A stretch of DNA of 62,822 nt, counting the filler, from Asterionella formosa (Eukaryota), in the NCBI GenBank assembly GCA_002256025.1. It is 19 parts of 19 records of this genome, joined end to end, with 100 filler letters (N's around TTAATTAATTAA, not from the genome) between each part and the next. Parts side by side here need not be neighbours in the genome. Positions count along the whole stretch, not along the records: positions 1 to 1,801 come from NKIB01001156.1; positions 1,902 to 3,702 come from NKIB01001157.1; positions 3,803 to 32,463 come from NKIB01001158.1; 16 more parts are not named here. One strand, given 5' to 3'. The position numbers were made by a program, and so were the translations under genes. Positions 1 through 12,571 of the stretch are shown one piece after another. The notes under the pieces were generated by a model. The model did not search any database, was not told where the DNA came from, and saw only the letters and a program-made list of their open reading frames with translations. Numbering within the stretch: the stretch's first letter is position 1; each line of letters opens with the position of its first letter.

Positions 1-1801
1 CCTCAACTCCTCTCCAAATTCTGGTCCAGCACGGGAGTATACTAGCTCATTAGTGTATGCATTGACATAAGCATTTCCAACATCGCCACAAAGCAGCTTC
101 AAGTTCTGCTTGTGTGCAATCACATGTAGCATTCTAACACTTATGCCTTTCACAGTTGAAGAGTAAACATTGTTGTCAAGTGCGTCAACTAGATGTCCAC
201 CAGCCACAAGTCTTGCCTTGCGCCGTAGATCTTGCTTGATGTCAAAGATCACTGTCAGTGTTGTCCATTGATATCCGACTCCAGGGTTAAAATCTGGCTT
301 CTTAAATTCAAAACATTCCATTTCGACAAGTGAGAAGATTTCACGTTTGATTGCCTCTTGCCAGAATGTGTTTCCACTTTGCTTGTCCAATTCCATTGCA
401 TGGGTGACATTTCGTGGGACCTCAACGCCATACTTGAGAATTTGCTTCCTAATCTTAGGATGCTTCTTCTTTCTTATGTCGGCACGCCTCACTGTGTACA
501 CCTGATCACATCCATCAAAATGATGCTCATATAACCTTGCAATTCTTCGGACAGCTCGTTTGATGTCTCGAACTGTTTTCTTTGCCCATTGCATGACTCT
601 ATCCAGGCGTTTGGAACGACTGACATTATTGTCTACAATGTATTGTGCTGTCATGTTTGGATGGTCAAGCTTCAAGTCCTGAAATGATTCCCAGGAGACA
701 TTTTCAGTATCCCAGTGCACCTCCAACTCAAGTTGCCCGGCCTTCCAGCGATGCGCTCGAATATCAGTTACCCTGGAACCACTCATCTTTGTTGCCTCTG
801 TATGCTCTTCAGCTAGCTCATTATTGATCTCATCACACATTTCAATGTCGTGTGTTGCGTCAAGTGGATCAAAGTCGAACTGAACATCATCGGTGTTGGA
901 TGGTGGATTTTTTGATATGTTGTTGTTGTCTACTTCTGTTGTAGTGCATTGCTTGTTGTCTACTTCTGTTGTAGTGCATTGCTTGTTGTATACTTCTGTT
1001 GTAGTGCATTGCTCCTCTTTCCCCCCCTGCTCCTCTAGACCCTTTGATGTTTCAATGATCTGAGGAGTAGGAGCAAAATGAACAATGATCTGAGGAGTAG
1101 GAGCAAAATGAACTAGACGAATAAGATTGTGATCCTCTGGTTCATCTAGAGGTTCAGGAATAATGTCCCGGATCTTGAGCTCTGCCTGGTTCTGGTTTTG
1201 GTTGTGTGTGGGACAGAATGGATTTCTTTTGTGATGTTTTCCTGGCTTGTTTTGATCCACAATGTGCCAGACTGAGTTTGAGAGTTATCAGTCAACAAAA
1301 TGTTGGGAGCTCCAACCTCACTTACAAAATCCTGGTATGCTCCATGTGAATGTGCCTCTCTAAACATACAACGTGCAAACAGAAATTGCGATGGAATATG
1401 AATGAAGAGTTGCACACATGAGTAGTTCCGGATGGACTTGATAGATGAGAAAAACGTATCCGAATCTGTCCTGCCATCAAGTCGATTAGGATGAAGAGGA
1501 ATTAGACGCTTCTTTCGATGCTGTCTGGGTGCTTCTCTATTCTCCATTTCAACTGTCTGGGTGCAGAGCTGTGTTGTTGCTTCGAGTGTCTTCTTGGTTA
1601 CAATCTCAGTTGAATTTCCAAGACGTTTCTCCCATAGAGTTGGCTCCTCTTTAACAATGCTTCCGCGTCCCCTTCTAGATGACTGCTTCAACAACTCAGA
1701 TGAGTTGCTGGGAATTCGTGGTGTCAACCAATGAATTGTGTGGGAGTTTGCTTCTTCGATTGTAGGTAGGCGAACATTGAATGTAAGAAGTTTTTCATCA
1801 T
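1..1801 (-). mobile_element. Ty1/copia LTR retrotransposon pol fragment (integrase core to start of RT), degenerate
   Basis: ORF 1146-1727 is an integrase core (DTFFS..YSCVQLF..GAPNILLTDN). Minus strand ~430-1 reads KYGVEVPRNVTHAMELD..FWQEAIKREI..IFDIKQDLRRKARLVAGGH..GDVGNAY, the copia RT N-terminus. IN precedes RT, and the frames between them are broken. Confidence 0.9.
922..1112. repeat. Two short 30-bp tandem repeats inside the copia linker
   Basis: TTGTTGTCTACTTCTGTTGTAGTGCATTGC x3 (~922-1012) and AATGATCTGAGGAGTAGGAGCAAAATGAAC x2 (~1055-1113). Confidence 0.9.
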
Positions 1802-1901
1802 NNNNNNNNNNNNNNNNNNNNNNNNNNNNNNNNNNNNNNNNNNNNTTAATTAATTAANNNNNNNNNNNNNNNNNNNNNNNNNNNNNNNNNNNNNNNNNNN
1901 N

Positions 1902-2519
1902 AATGAGCTCACGGGGAAGATTCCCAGTGCCTTGGGTCGATTGACAAAGTTGAGTTTTTTGCACCTCGGTTCCAATGCACTTAATGGGATCATTCCCAGT
2001 GCATTGGGTGGATTGACTTTGATAGATTCTTTGGACCTTAGTTACAATCAACTCATGGGGACCATTCCCAGCAGTGTATTGGGTGGATTGAAAAAGTTGA
2101 AATATTTGTACCTCAGTTCAACTGCACTCAATGGGACCATTCCCAGTGCGTTGGGTGGGTTGACGAAGTTGTAGTTTTTGTTCCTCTTTGACAATGAGCT
2201 CACTGGGACCATTCCCAGTGCGTTGGGTGGATTGACGGAGTTGAATACATTGTACCTTAGTTACAATAAACTCAATGGGACCATTCCCAGTTTGTTGGGT
2301 GGATTGACGAGTTTGAATGATTTGTACATTGATGACAATAAACTCACGGGGACCGTTCCCAGTTCGTTGGGTGGATTGACCATGTTGTATCAATTGTACC
2401 TCTTTGGCAATGAACTCACGGGGACAATGCCAGATGATATTTGTCTAATTGAAGATCTTGATCTCACTGCTGACTGCCTCAGTGAAGTGACATGTTCTTG
2501 TTGTGATACCTGCTATTAG
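1902..2519 (+). pseudogene. 3' part of an LRR protein (24-aa plant-type LRRs plus Cys-rich C-cap) with one in-frame stop
   Basis: About 7.5 repeats of NxLtGTIPSALGGLTxLxxLxL in 72-nt units, ending ADCLSEVTCSCCDTCY*. In-frame TAG at 2172-2174. The 5' end is cut by the contig edge. Confidence 0.8.
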
Positions 2520-3239
2520 ATTTCATGAATTTGATTAACACGAAGCAACAGAAAATTTTCCTACTGGGGAAAACCGGATAGGTCTGAATATTACAACTAT
2601 TTGTCATATAAATATAATCATGAACATATCTATTTAAGTTTCTTAGTGCATGCTCACTCTATTTACCTGTTCCATAAAATCAATGTATTTGACTACCTGT
2701 ACTGATCTGCTGAGTCTATCAAAGCTATGATACCAGGGAGTTTGTGGACATTGACCTTGCCCGAAATGGCATGCTCACAGCAAATAGTTTTTGCATTATG
2801 ATCATAAGACATGTCAATCATCCTAAAACAAGGTATACCGGTTTATGTATATGTTCACCAATTGTTGTCCATTTATATTGCAATCCTGTTTCCATCCTAT
2901 TCCGGTCAAAGGAGATCAGCCAGATACTGCGTCCCATCCTGCAACAGGAACGGCAATGACAATGTCAAGAATAAGCAACCGATCTTTTCATTTTGTCCTG
3001 GTGGCCTCGACAAGCGGTCGTAAGCAAGATAATGGATATACATGAATGACACCTGTAACATCGCCCATACCACCTCTCCAATTGATACTGATATTGCCAC
3101 CAACCATTTGTCGAGGAGGACCCAGCTTTGATGGAAACGGCATCGGCATCTGAAGCAAGTTACAAATCGAATCCAACAACAACAAACGAAAACAAATCCG
3201 GAAACCCATCAGATAGTTTCATACAGGGATTGCACGACT

Positions 3240-3463
3240 ACGGTAGTTACCCGTAGGACATTCGAATGTTCTCACACTCCCTTATTCGAGCAGACAACTT
3301 GCGCATCATACACGTGATGGTCACCAGCGCTGCAACGATTTGCGATGACGCAAAAAAGTCATCAGGGGGAGTGGTTTGGTGAACATATCAGCCACCTGAT
3401 CCTCCGTGTCGACATGCTCAATGCGGATAATTTTGCGCCACACATGATCACGAAAATGATGAT
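3240..3463 (-). mobile_element. Ty1/copia 3' end remnant: RNase H C-terminus, PPT and start of 3' LTR
   Basis: Minus strand 3463-3321 reads YHHFRDHV..IEHVDTEDQVADMFTKPL..RW*. It is followed by polypurine AAGGGAG (3283-3277) and then TG at 3276. Confidence 0.8.
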
Positions 3464-3802
3464 ACCCTGGTACCCTGGTACCCTGGTACCAGTTTCCCAG
3501 ATATCGGTACCTTCTGAGCGATCTTGCGCATCAATACAGATGTATATAGGGTTAGTGTTATATCATGTATGTATAAGAACTCAATAATGAGAGAACTCGA
3601 CTAACCCTCATTGTATACTTTGGTGTCGACTTGGAGAACGAGTTACACACAAGGATTAACAAATAGGCTCATATATTCAACAAATACTACTACTTCTAGT
3701 TANNNNNNNNNNNNNNNNNNNNNNNNNNNNNNNNNNNNNNNNNNNNTTAATTAATTAANNNNNNNNNNNNNNNNNNNNNNNNNNNNNNNNNNNNNNNNNN
3801 NN

Positions 3803-4368
3803 CGGCACCAGTGACTCCACTTACTCCAGCACCAGTGACTCCACATACTCCGGTACCAGTGACTCCACTCACTCCGGCACCATTGACTCCACTTACTCCA
3901 GCACCAGTGACTCCACTTACTCCGGCACCGGTGACAGCTACTACGCCACCCCCTCTGGTTGCCCCATCGATATATCCATTAGCTGCTCCTACACTACCAA
4001 CACCTACCGCTTACTCGCTGGTGGCAAAACCAAAAAGCCCAACTACAGCTGGAAGCAAAGAGGGAACAATTAAGAAAGGAGCAAGTAAGAAAAGAAAGAG
4101 CAAGAAAGGAAAGAGTAAGAAAGGAAATAATAAGAAAGGAAATAATAAGAAAGGAAAGAATAAGAAAGGAAAAAATAAGAAGAAGTTCAAAAAGGATGGA
4201 AAAGGTGGCAAAGGTAAAGGGGGCAAAGGGGAAATGCAAAACATCAGTGGGGCTCGGGATATTAATACTGGTATCACCAATGGACATGGGAATGTAAAAG
4301 ATGATGGAGTCTCGGCATTGCCAAGCTACTTTAAGAGAATACATGGCAGCAGGTTGCCTAGAGCTTGA
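3803..4368 (+). CDS. Pro/Thr-rich and Lys/Gly-rich low-complexity protein, 5' partial (possible cell-wall or secreted protein)
   Basis: PVTPLTPA 24-nt repeats, then KKGKSKKGNNKKGNNKKGKNKKG..KGGKGKGGKG. The frame is open to the stop at 4368. Confidence 0.55.
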
Positions 4369-5015
4369 TTCTCTCTATATATAACACAAATGTTAGCATA
4401 ACTGTAAATTATAAATCTTCATGCATCAAAGTGGATAGAATTTCCATAGAAAAATAGATTGATCTGACTCAGAGCACAGCAATCAAAATAGCAGGGACAT
4501 CCGGAAAACGTGCTTAAAACCGGATAGCGGCAATAATTTTGGGCGGTTAAATATTATTAGCTAATCATTCAGAACATATATACCGGTATATATATTAAGA
4601 GCGCGTTGTGCAAGGGCTGGCACGCTTCCGAGGAGGCTTGGCTTGTGCTCGTGACCCTTGCTGCTTAACTAAAAAGTGAATACCTCGTAAGCTTCTGCAA
4701 GTTGCGCTAATTTTGCTTATTTGTGTACTCATTCCCAAAACCAACAAATACTCCCCCGACTTGGCAGCCATTAAGAAATCAAAGTCTTGTGCCCACAGGC
4801 CGTATAAAGACGACTGGACAAAATTCGATAAATTCTGATCATTTGGGACAAAAAAGGTTCTGACGAATTGTAATTTTGGGTTAAAGTATTTAGGGACTAT
4901 GACAGTTTAAGGTGCATTTGAAACCCTAGGCAAAAATTTCGTTGCCCATACTGTGTGGAATTATTTTGAAAAAGACAGACCTCGTGATGTGTAACTGCAG
5001 GCCGCAACCTTTTAA

Positions 5016-6269
5016 GGTTGCTGCATTTGAACCCCTAGCTCGAGGTAGGGTTATAAAATAATATTGAGTCAGACTAATCAAACACATACTCTTCACATAT
5101 AAATCAAATATGTATAACGCTCAGCGGAGATCTCACCAATACACACCCTTTCCATATGCTTACATACAGTTTTCGGACAAAGTAGAGGTGTAGGTCCACT
5201 CTATATATCGTCAGGATATAGGATCTGGTCAGAAACTGCAGAAAGGAACTTCGGTTTTTAAACTATGCTAAAGAGACTCGAAAATTCGGGGGAAATCTGT
5301 TTATTTGGCATAGTTAAAAAACCGAAGTTCCTTTCTGCAGTTTCTCGCCAGAAGTTATATACTGATGCTATTTGAAAGTTACCTACTATGTATCGAAATC
5401 GCCATCAGACCCAGCCAACGTTTAGCTATTGTTGTCCAAATACTCGACAAAATCGGCCTTTTCTACAGTTGCCAAAATATCGGAATCAGAATTATTAAGT
5501 GCCAAAACGTCATCATTGGAATGGTAGTCGTGTGCCGGCGTTTTTAGTCCTAAAATCTCCTATCCAAAATATTCCATTGTAAGTGCCCGCTTCCACATAT
5601 ATAATATGATTGGTGAATGTGAATGACATTCCTCTGTTTGATTGGCCTAGTTTGCGAGGTCTTGCAAACCCACGCCGGCCACATTGGATAAACATGTAAC
5701 ATTTTCTTGGATGTACTGACAGTCCAGTACTATATTCACAACGGGTACCAGTTGATGATCATCATTGGACATACGCGTACCGCTCCTTGAGTGCACTTTC
5801 AAATATTTGCCAAGCCGCCGGGTCGTATACATGACAAATAGTCGTCGATTGGAGTATAGATTGTAGTATTGTAGTACTGGTGTACTGGTGTACTGGTGTA
5901 TGCACATGAAGCGATGTAGAATCTAAATATTTATATCAAAAAATAAATATAAATATTAAACAATTTGAATATGTGAAACTGATTCAATGCATCGCATATA
6001 ATATTGTCAATCGGAGTATAGAGTGTCCATGCATACATGTTGATCGTATTTTTGGCGTATACATACATACAGCGACTAAGAGTGTCTATATATATATTTA
6101 GCGATTTCGACAAGGAATCTATGTACGTATTTGCAAATTTCCATTGATTTAAATATTTCAAATTGAATCACGTCATTCAAAAATAGCACACTAAATTCTT
6201 AATTCCAGGGAATTTTGGCAACCCTAAGCAACACTTTAATTTTGGCCTAGGGTTTCAAATGCACCAACC
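5016..6269. mobile_element. Non-autonomous TIR DNA transposon, family C copy 1 (TTAA-associated, Kolobok-like ends)
   Basis: TIRs GGTTGCTGCATTTGAACCCCTAG / CTAGGGTTTCAAATGCACCAACC, flanked by TTAA and GTAA. Colinear with 12572-13714. Confidence 0.75.
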
Positions 6270-6585
6270 GTAAGCAAACATACTTTAAGCAAATCAACCC
6301 CAAGGCAAACAATAAAACATTGCTTAGGGTTGCCGAAATTCCCTGGAACTAAGAAGTTTTATCAGCTACCGTAAAACCTGGTGTCTCATATCCCCCCAAA
6401 TACCTGGTGTACCCCCCTTTGTACATCTGGCGCAACACTCCCAACTATTTCCTGTGTACAGAAAAAAAACACAACATAAACGTATTCTATTTATTGGTAT
6501 GTATTTTCGTATATTACCGGCACCCTACTGTTCCCTGTAAAGTATCATCACCTGTAAAATATCATCACATATACCGGTAGGCAAC

Positions 6586-6981
6586 ATGATAATTGCGGAT
6601 GACATACGTGATGGCGAAATCCTTGGCCTCAGATGTACCACCAATGGAAGAAGCTGTGAGCAGCATGCCTGCTGTGGGGCAATTGTGAGGCCAAATGATT
6701 GTGTTCGGTTCAAGGCAGCAGTGGTCCCGATTGATGGAGTTGATCAGGCAGGTATCAAGGCTGTTCTGATCCTTGATAGGACGGAACTGTGCACAGTTGG
6801 TTTCCTTGGCAAGAATATTGCAGCTTTGAAGAAAACAAGTGACAAGTTTGTCAAAAAGTTTGCTCAAGTTATTGAACTCTACTATGACTCCAGTGAAAAT
6901 GCTGCCAAAAGGGCAAAAAGCCACAATAACCTTGGAGTTTGTTCATTCCGGCTTCTTGAGGACATCCAGATTCAGGAATAG
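6586..6981 (+). CDS. 131-aa passenger protein in the pogo element, HIRAN-like fold predicted
   Basis: Intact ORF with EILGL..NGRSCEQHACCG..AIKAV..CTVGFL. The VG(F/Y)L strand pattern resembles HIRAN domains. It lies inside the TIRs, convergent with the transposase. Confidence 0.65.
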   Translation: MIIADDIRDGEILGLRCTTNGRSCEQHACCGAIVRPNDCVRFKAAVVPIDGVDQAGIKAVLILDRTELCTVGFLGKNIAALKKTSDKFVKKFAQVIELYYDSSENAAKRAKSHNNLGVCSFRLLEDIQIQE

Positions 6982-7229
6982 CTAGATGATACGAAAACTG
7001 GACTAGCCTTCGAATACTTCAACCAATCTACACTAGAATATTAATAATAGTATTAGAAATTGGCATTTTCAGCATTAGAATCACTTCGTTTTGGGTTTTT
7101 TGTAGTCATCAGCTTAATTTATTTGCCTATTAGCTAGGGTTTGCCATCCTGAATCTAATTGATGATAATGATTGTTTCACTAAAACTAAATGTTAAAATA
7201 GATTATCAAATAATCCAATCCTAATTGAC

Positions 7230-8504
7230 TAGTTAACAGCAGCAAAGCCCTCAAATCCAATGCTCTTCCAGGTATTGGTGATTGTTTGAATTGAGACTCT
7301 AGCCCATGCCATCTCTACCAATTGTGCAATGTGGTGCCTTTGCACCTTGGCATTATCCACATTGGCAACCATCTAGTCTTCCCAATATCCTCTCATGTAG
7401 TCCTTGAAGGGCTTATTAACTCCTAGTACATCCAACACTTGAAGTCTAGATGTGTAGCCTGGGAGGACGAAATCAACCTCAGTGCCGCAATTTTTAATTG
7501 CATCAACACAACGTCATACCTTATGGACAGTAAAATCATCCATAAGAAGGTGAGTAGGCTCACCGCCTTTTCCCAACGCAAATGGTTGCCAAACTTTTTC
7601 GATCCATTGAAAAAATATGTCTGTATCAACCCAAGCTTTGGGTTGACAAGTGTATTTAATACTGACCGGAAAAAGTTGTTGATTGTTGTCGAGTAATCCC
7701 AATTGCCTGGCAATACGTCCATCCCTTGTTCCTAAATACAATGAATGGTGGCAACTTCTCACCACTCATTGTCACCCCTAACAACACAGTGCAACGGTTC
7801 GAATTTCCTGTTGTTCGAAGCCCAATGGTCCTTTCGCCTTGGGTTGCCAAAGTCTTTGATCCAAACATGTCGAAATTGATGTTTGTCTCATCAATATTGA
7901 CAATGTTTCCAGCAGGAAATTCGAACGCAGCAATTTGATTGTTGACATAGGAAACAAAATCTTGATTTGTCTCCTGGTCCAGCCTTGTATTTTGGGCGAC
8001 ACGAGTCACACGCCTAATGGCAATGTCCTTACAGGCAAGCCAGCGCTTGATCCGTTTTTCAAGTGCCTTCAGCGACACATTTTCGTTCCCAGGTTGCCTC
8101 TTAAGCTCAACACTGAGCTTCCTGGTGGTGCAGGCCCTATCTTGAAGCCGCAACTGGTCGAAAAGAGTCTTCAATGCTTCAAAATCAACAGCACTTTTTG
8201 GAGAGCGGCCCGGGTGAGCGATTGTTTTCATCAACACCTGCCTCTGAATCAAACCTTCTTCCTGCAGAGGAATCTCCGCCACCTCCACCGGAACCACAAC
8301 CATTGCACCATCAAGCATGGACTTCCAGCTGCGGATATGCTTTGGCTGAACCAAATATGCTCTGGCGGTTGCCTTGATATTGTTGGGCTTGCTGTATGCT
8401 TCCGCAACAATATTTTTCTTTTGCCTGATACAGAGATATTTTTCGCTGTCATGCTGATGATTCCGTTGAAAATGATTTGGTTGGCTAACCTCAATTTCTA
8501 TCAC
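7230..8504 (-). pseudogene. pogo/DDE_1 transposase, frameshifted
   Basis: N-terminal HTH region, then NIDETN..RCTVLLGVTMSGEKLPPFIVF. After a frameshift near 7730 it continues QPKAWVD..LLMDDF..PGYTSRLQVLDV..NKPFK..ITNTWKSIG with internal stops. Confidence 0.9.
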
Positions 8505-9954
8505 GATGAGGTTTGTAGAACCTACACAATTTATTACATCGTAGAATCAGATACAAATTGTATGCACTCTAGAAATTTCTGTTGAAGTCATGATAAAATT
8601 TGGGCGTGCCAGTGCTCCAAAAATAGAAATTCAATTGATCCTAGAAGCCGATTGAACCTAAAACAATATATCTTTTAATGTTGCTATTTATTTTTAGACT
8701 ATGGAGAAAACGGTGGTGAAGTTGGTTTTCTCATAAAGTTTGACAATCAAAAAGGTTCCAGTGTCTTGTACTCCCCTCTAAGTAAAATCAGTCGTGGCTG
8801 TGTACATTGAGGGGTACAAGACACCAGGTTTTACGGCATTTTAAATGACATGATTCCATTAGAAATATTCAAATCAGTAGAAATTTGCGCGTCCGTGCAT
8901 AGATTCCTTTTCGAATTTGCTAAATATATAGACATAGATTGTTGTACATGTGTATATCTATACCGGTACTACTCACTCTATACACCGATGGACAGTTTAT
9001 GTGTCATATGACCTGGCGGCTCAGCAAATATTTGAAGTGCACTTTAGGAGTGGTACGCATGTGTAAAATGATAATCATCTACTGGTACCCATAGTAGATA
9101 TGGTACCGGCATACCGTTTTTTTAAATGTGTATCCAACGGATTTGAATAATTTATATCTAGAATTCACCTCGTTTTTGTTTGTCTCCTGAAAAGTGGACT
9201 CCGGCAATTCACCTTTCACCATGCCGATCGTCGTCCATCATGACCAGTTTGAAGCGAAATCAGTTCCGTGATGACGCCAGAGCGATTCTTTGCCTAACAG
9301 ATGCAGTTGATTGTTGGATTGCTTGTCTTCTCGAGGCATTCATGTAGTTGCATCGTCCATTTTTCGTTGGACGAACGATGATATCGATACATCTGATGTT
9401 GGTGGCAAGTTTTTGCTCTGGTCATGTATGTAATGATGCTTTACGGATATTCTACCAGTACTGGCAGTCATCTAGTCTACATACGTATGTGGTACTAAAA
9501 ACAACCATGCATGGTTTAAGCTATGCTTTAACGCTTACTTTGAACACGTTATAATATTATCTCTGTAGACTCGGTATTATTTTTACGAGACATGAAATGT
9601 TGAATTATATCGTTAACATATTCATTGATTTTACGTACCATATGCCCGATTTCGTCCTCACAAATATAGTTCTCACTCTATCTTGCCTGCCTTTGCTCTA
9701 TTCGGGCTTGCAATAGGCAACATTTGTCTTTCTTTTATCCCATCGTCTGCTGCTTGTTATGCTAGTTGAAGCGGATCGGTGAGTACAACAGTGAAACACT
9801 GAATGTGGATTGTAGATCGTATTTATCGACCTTCCGATTTGATTGCTTTCGTAGTTTTTTTGATCGCTTCCATCGTTGTTTGTCGTTTTGTACATATCTA
9901 CATAAGAACCAATGCATTCATCAATGACTACTCGTTGAAGATGTGGTATTGTAC

Positions 9955-10750
9955 CGTTGTTGATTGTATTTGTTGATCTGTATAGTCATTGACAATGATG
10001 TCAATATTGCCGCCAAGCAATGCTTTTCTTGTACTAACGCGCTTTACTACATTTCCACTACGAGTTCGTATCAGAAGCTACATGAATACTCAGCTAGAGA
10101 TAGTCAATAGTGCTGGAGCAGCGTGGCGATCACGCTTGCTCAGAATGGAATGATCAGGTTTGCCTGTTAAGTGGGCGGAGAGGAATGACTGTGGCGGAAA
10201 TACTGCTACTGGTGTCAGGCTACTATAGCGATGCGCATGGTTCCAGCAACCAGACCATTGACGCTAAATAACGATGCAGGTCTACATTGGGTAGAGCTTT
10301 TTTTCTTCTTCTTTCGGTCTTCGATTGTATGGTGATGGAAAGTCAATGTTGCCTGTGTAAGTACTACAATGATTCACAATGCATACGTCTCCATTGGAAC
10401 TCTTATTTTTTATTTCATTTCTAACCCAAATTTTTTTCTTCTATTTCTCATTTGATGCTACTTATTATATTACATCGCATTTCATACTTTGGTTGCTCCA
10501 AACATCATGTTCAATTTTCATTGATGTTGCATGTTAGAATCATTCTCGTGTGTTTTACGCTTATTGTACTATCTCTATGCATATTACCGTTATTCTGGTT
10601 GTCATGCTAAAATCGGCAATTTTATTGCCGAAAAATTCGATGTGCCCCATATTGCCCTTAAATAAAAATTACTTAAGAAATTACTTAGAGCCTAAAACTT
10701 ACTTAGAAGTACCTGAATGGCAAGACCATAGCTGGAGCAGGAATTGCTTA
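9955..10750. repeat. Dispersed repeat (unclassified TE remnant), inverted homolog at ~53485-54250
   Basis: About 800 bp of clear reverse-complement similarity. Both copies yield the same spurious ORF (MLKSAIL.PKNSM.PILPLNKNYLRNYLEPK). Confidence 0.8.
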
Positions 10751-11496
10751 ATTCACAAAGGACATTACGGAAGGAAATTGAGTTACCACCAGTACCCCTG
10801 GTACCGTGACACTCCTGTCAGCAGATGCATGGCTTGTCAAGTACAATCAACCCGGTTTCATATTTAGCGGCACATAGGAATGGACTGCTACAAATTACTT
10901 CGAATACAGGGCATTACCGGCAGTTTTGACGACATCACACAATGTTTCACATTTGCTGGCTTCTAGCTACAAGGACTATATGCAAATTGCCCATTTGCAA
11001 TCAATCAATTTACAGTAGATAATAGCCTTATTTCACATCTTTTGCTTTGATTATTCATGTTAATACTGAATTCGTAGTCTCATTTGTTTTGTAGCTACTG
11101 TAAAAGTGTCGCATCTGCTTGTAGCATCATCGTTTAAACATTGCGCATCTCTAAATTAGATGAAAAATGTGCCCGCAGCAACTTCAATTTTCGTTGTCAA
11201 TATTAGTGCTATTAGAATTATTCTTTTACGATTGTACTATCTATTTTGTGTTTGATATCAAAAATAAAGCATCGTTCTCAGTTTTCGTCGAGATATTCGC
11301 TATTTTCATCATGGTCAACGCTGCGACAACATGATGATGAAGGATTCTCCAGCCGCTTGCAACTACACAACTACCGGTGCGCAGTCATTATCATAGAGTT
11401 ATAGCTACAGTATTATTATGTACATAGGTTGTAGGTGACTGTGATGGCAGCAGCGTTGAAATGATGGCATCACAATAAGCAAACTTGCTACTTTAA

Positions 11497-12568
11497 GGTT
11501 GCGGCCCGCAGTTACAAATTGCGAGGTCTGTTTTTTCCCAAAATAATTATATGATGTACCTCAATCCACACATCATGTACAAGTGAATATTATAGTTAAA
11601 GGTGAAATTAGCTTTCACCATTACGATCACTTTGCGTATGCTTAGATACTGTCATTGCTAGACTTAGGGGTATGATCATTATAAAGATATGGTGAGGACC
11701 CCATTTCTGGAGAGAAATGGCAGTTATGTATCATAGATTCATAACTACCGCAAAACAAGTAAAAAAAGGGGCTACAAAGCATTTCAAAAAATCTACGATA
11801 CATAACTGCCACTTCTCTCCAGAACTTAACTCCTGACGTTATAGGGTACACGGCTACTATCTATTTCAATCGTCATGAAACCCCGTAGATGTAGAACAAT
11901 CCTCTTCCAAAAAGTCGACCCGATCGGTTTTTTCAACAGTCGCCAAAATATTGGAATCGGAATTAGTATGTGCAAAAAGTTCTCGTATACTTAGAGTCTT
12001 ACATAGGCATGTCTGCTGAATAATTCTCTGTCCAAAAAGACTCCAGGGTAAGTTCCCACGTCACTACACATATTCTGATTGGGTGAATTGAATTTACTCA
12101 CCTGCTCCAGATCGGCTGCAGTATGTCGGTCTTGTAAAATTACGCCAGCCACACTTGAACCACATGTATTAGATGTACTGTACCAGTACCTGGTAGGTAA
12201 AATAAGTACTACCGGTAGTTTCATCATCCATCGTCATTAACCAAGATTATGTACTACTGGTGCCAGGTACCCTGGTACACCGTTACTCCGGTATCATGAG
12301 TATACATTTAGGCATACATACATGTGTTCTGGCATGGAACAAAATTATGTCTACATTCAGCAATGTCGATATTGTATAAATGTTTAAATATCATTTTTGT
12401 TTGTTTAAAATGGAACTCTGTCTATCTGGCGCCAAATCCTATTTCATTCAAATATTCAAATGGACACTCAAATCATGGGAACTCATAGCAGCAAACTCCC
12501 TGTTTCATGCCTTTTTACAACCCTAACGACGTTTTCTTCAAACTAGGGTTAAGGCGAGGGCCGCAACC
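11497..12568. mobile_element. Non-autonomous TIR element, family B (related to family C)
   Basis: TIRs GGTTGCGGCCC / GGGCCGCAACC, flanked by TTAA and TAA. Internal 11930-12200 resembles 5460-5700 and 13010-13250. An inverted copy of its left end lies at ~4960-5009. Confidence 0.7.
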
Positions 12569-12571
12569 TAA

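Larger units (their letters stand above)
6369..8836 (-). mobile_element. pogo-type (Tc1/mariner superfamily) DNA transposon, full length, with two ORFs
   Basis: TIRs CCGTAAAACCTGGTGTCT / AGACACCAGGTTTTACGG. TA on the left and CA (mutated TA) on the right. The empty site can be rebuilt from the element it interrupts. Confidence 0.9.
6295..9110. mobile_element. Partial inverted third copy of family C, split by the pogo insertion
   Basis: 6295-6368 joined to 8839-9110 is the reverse complement of ~5725-6250. The homology reads through the pogo insertion point at a TA. Confidence 0.75.

Noticed and set aside
10550..10867. Short ORF conserved with 53398-53787
   Set aside because: The similarity reflects a dispersed DNA repeat. 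There is no recognisable domain, and the frames diverge outside the shared core.
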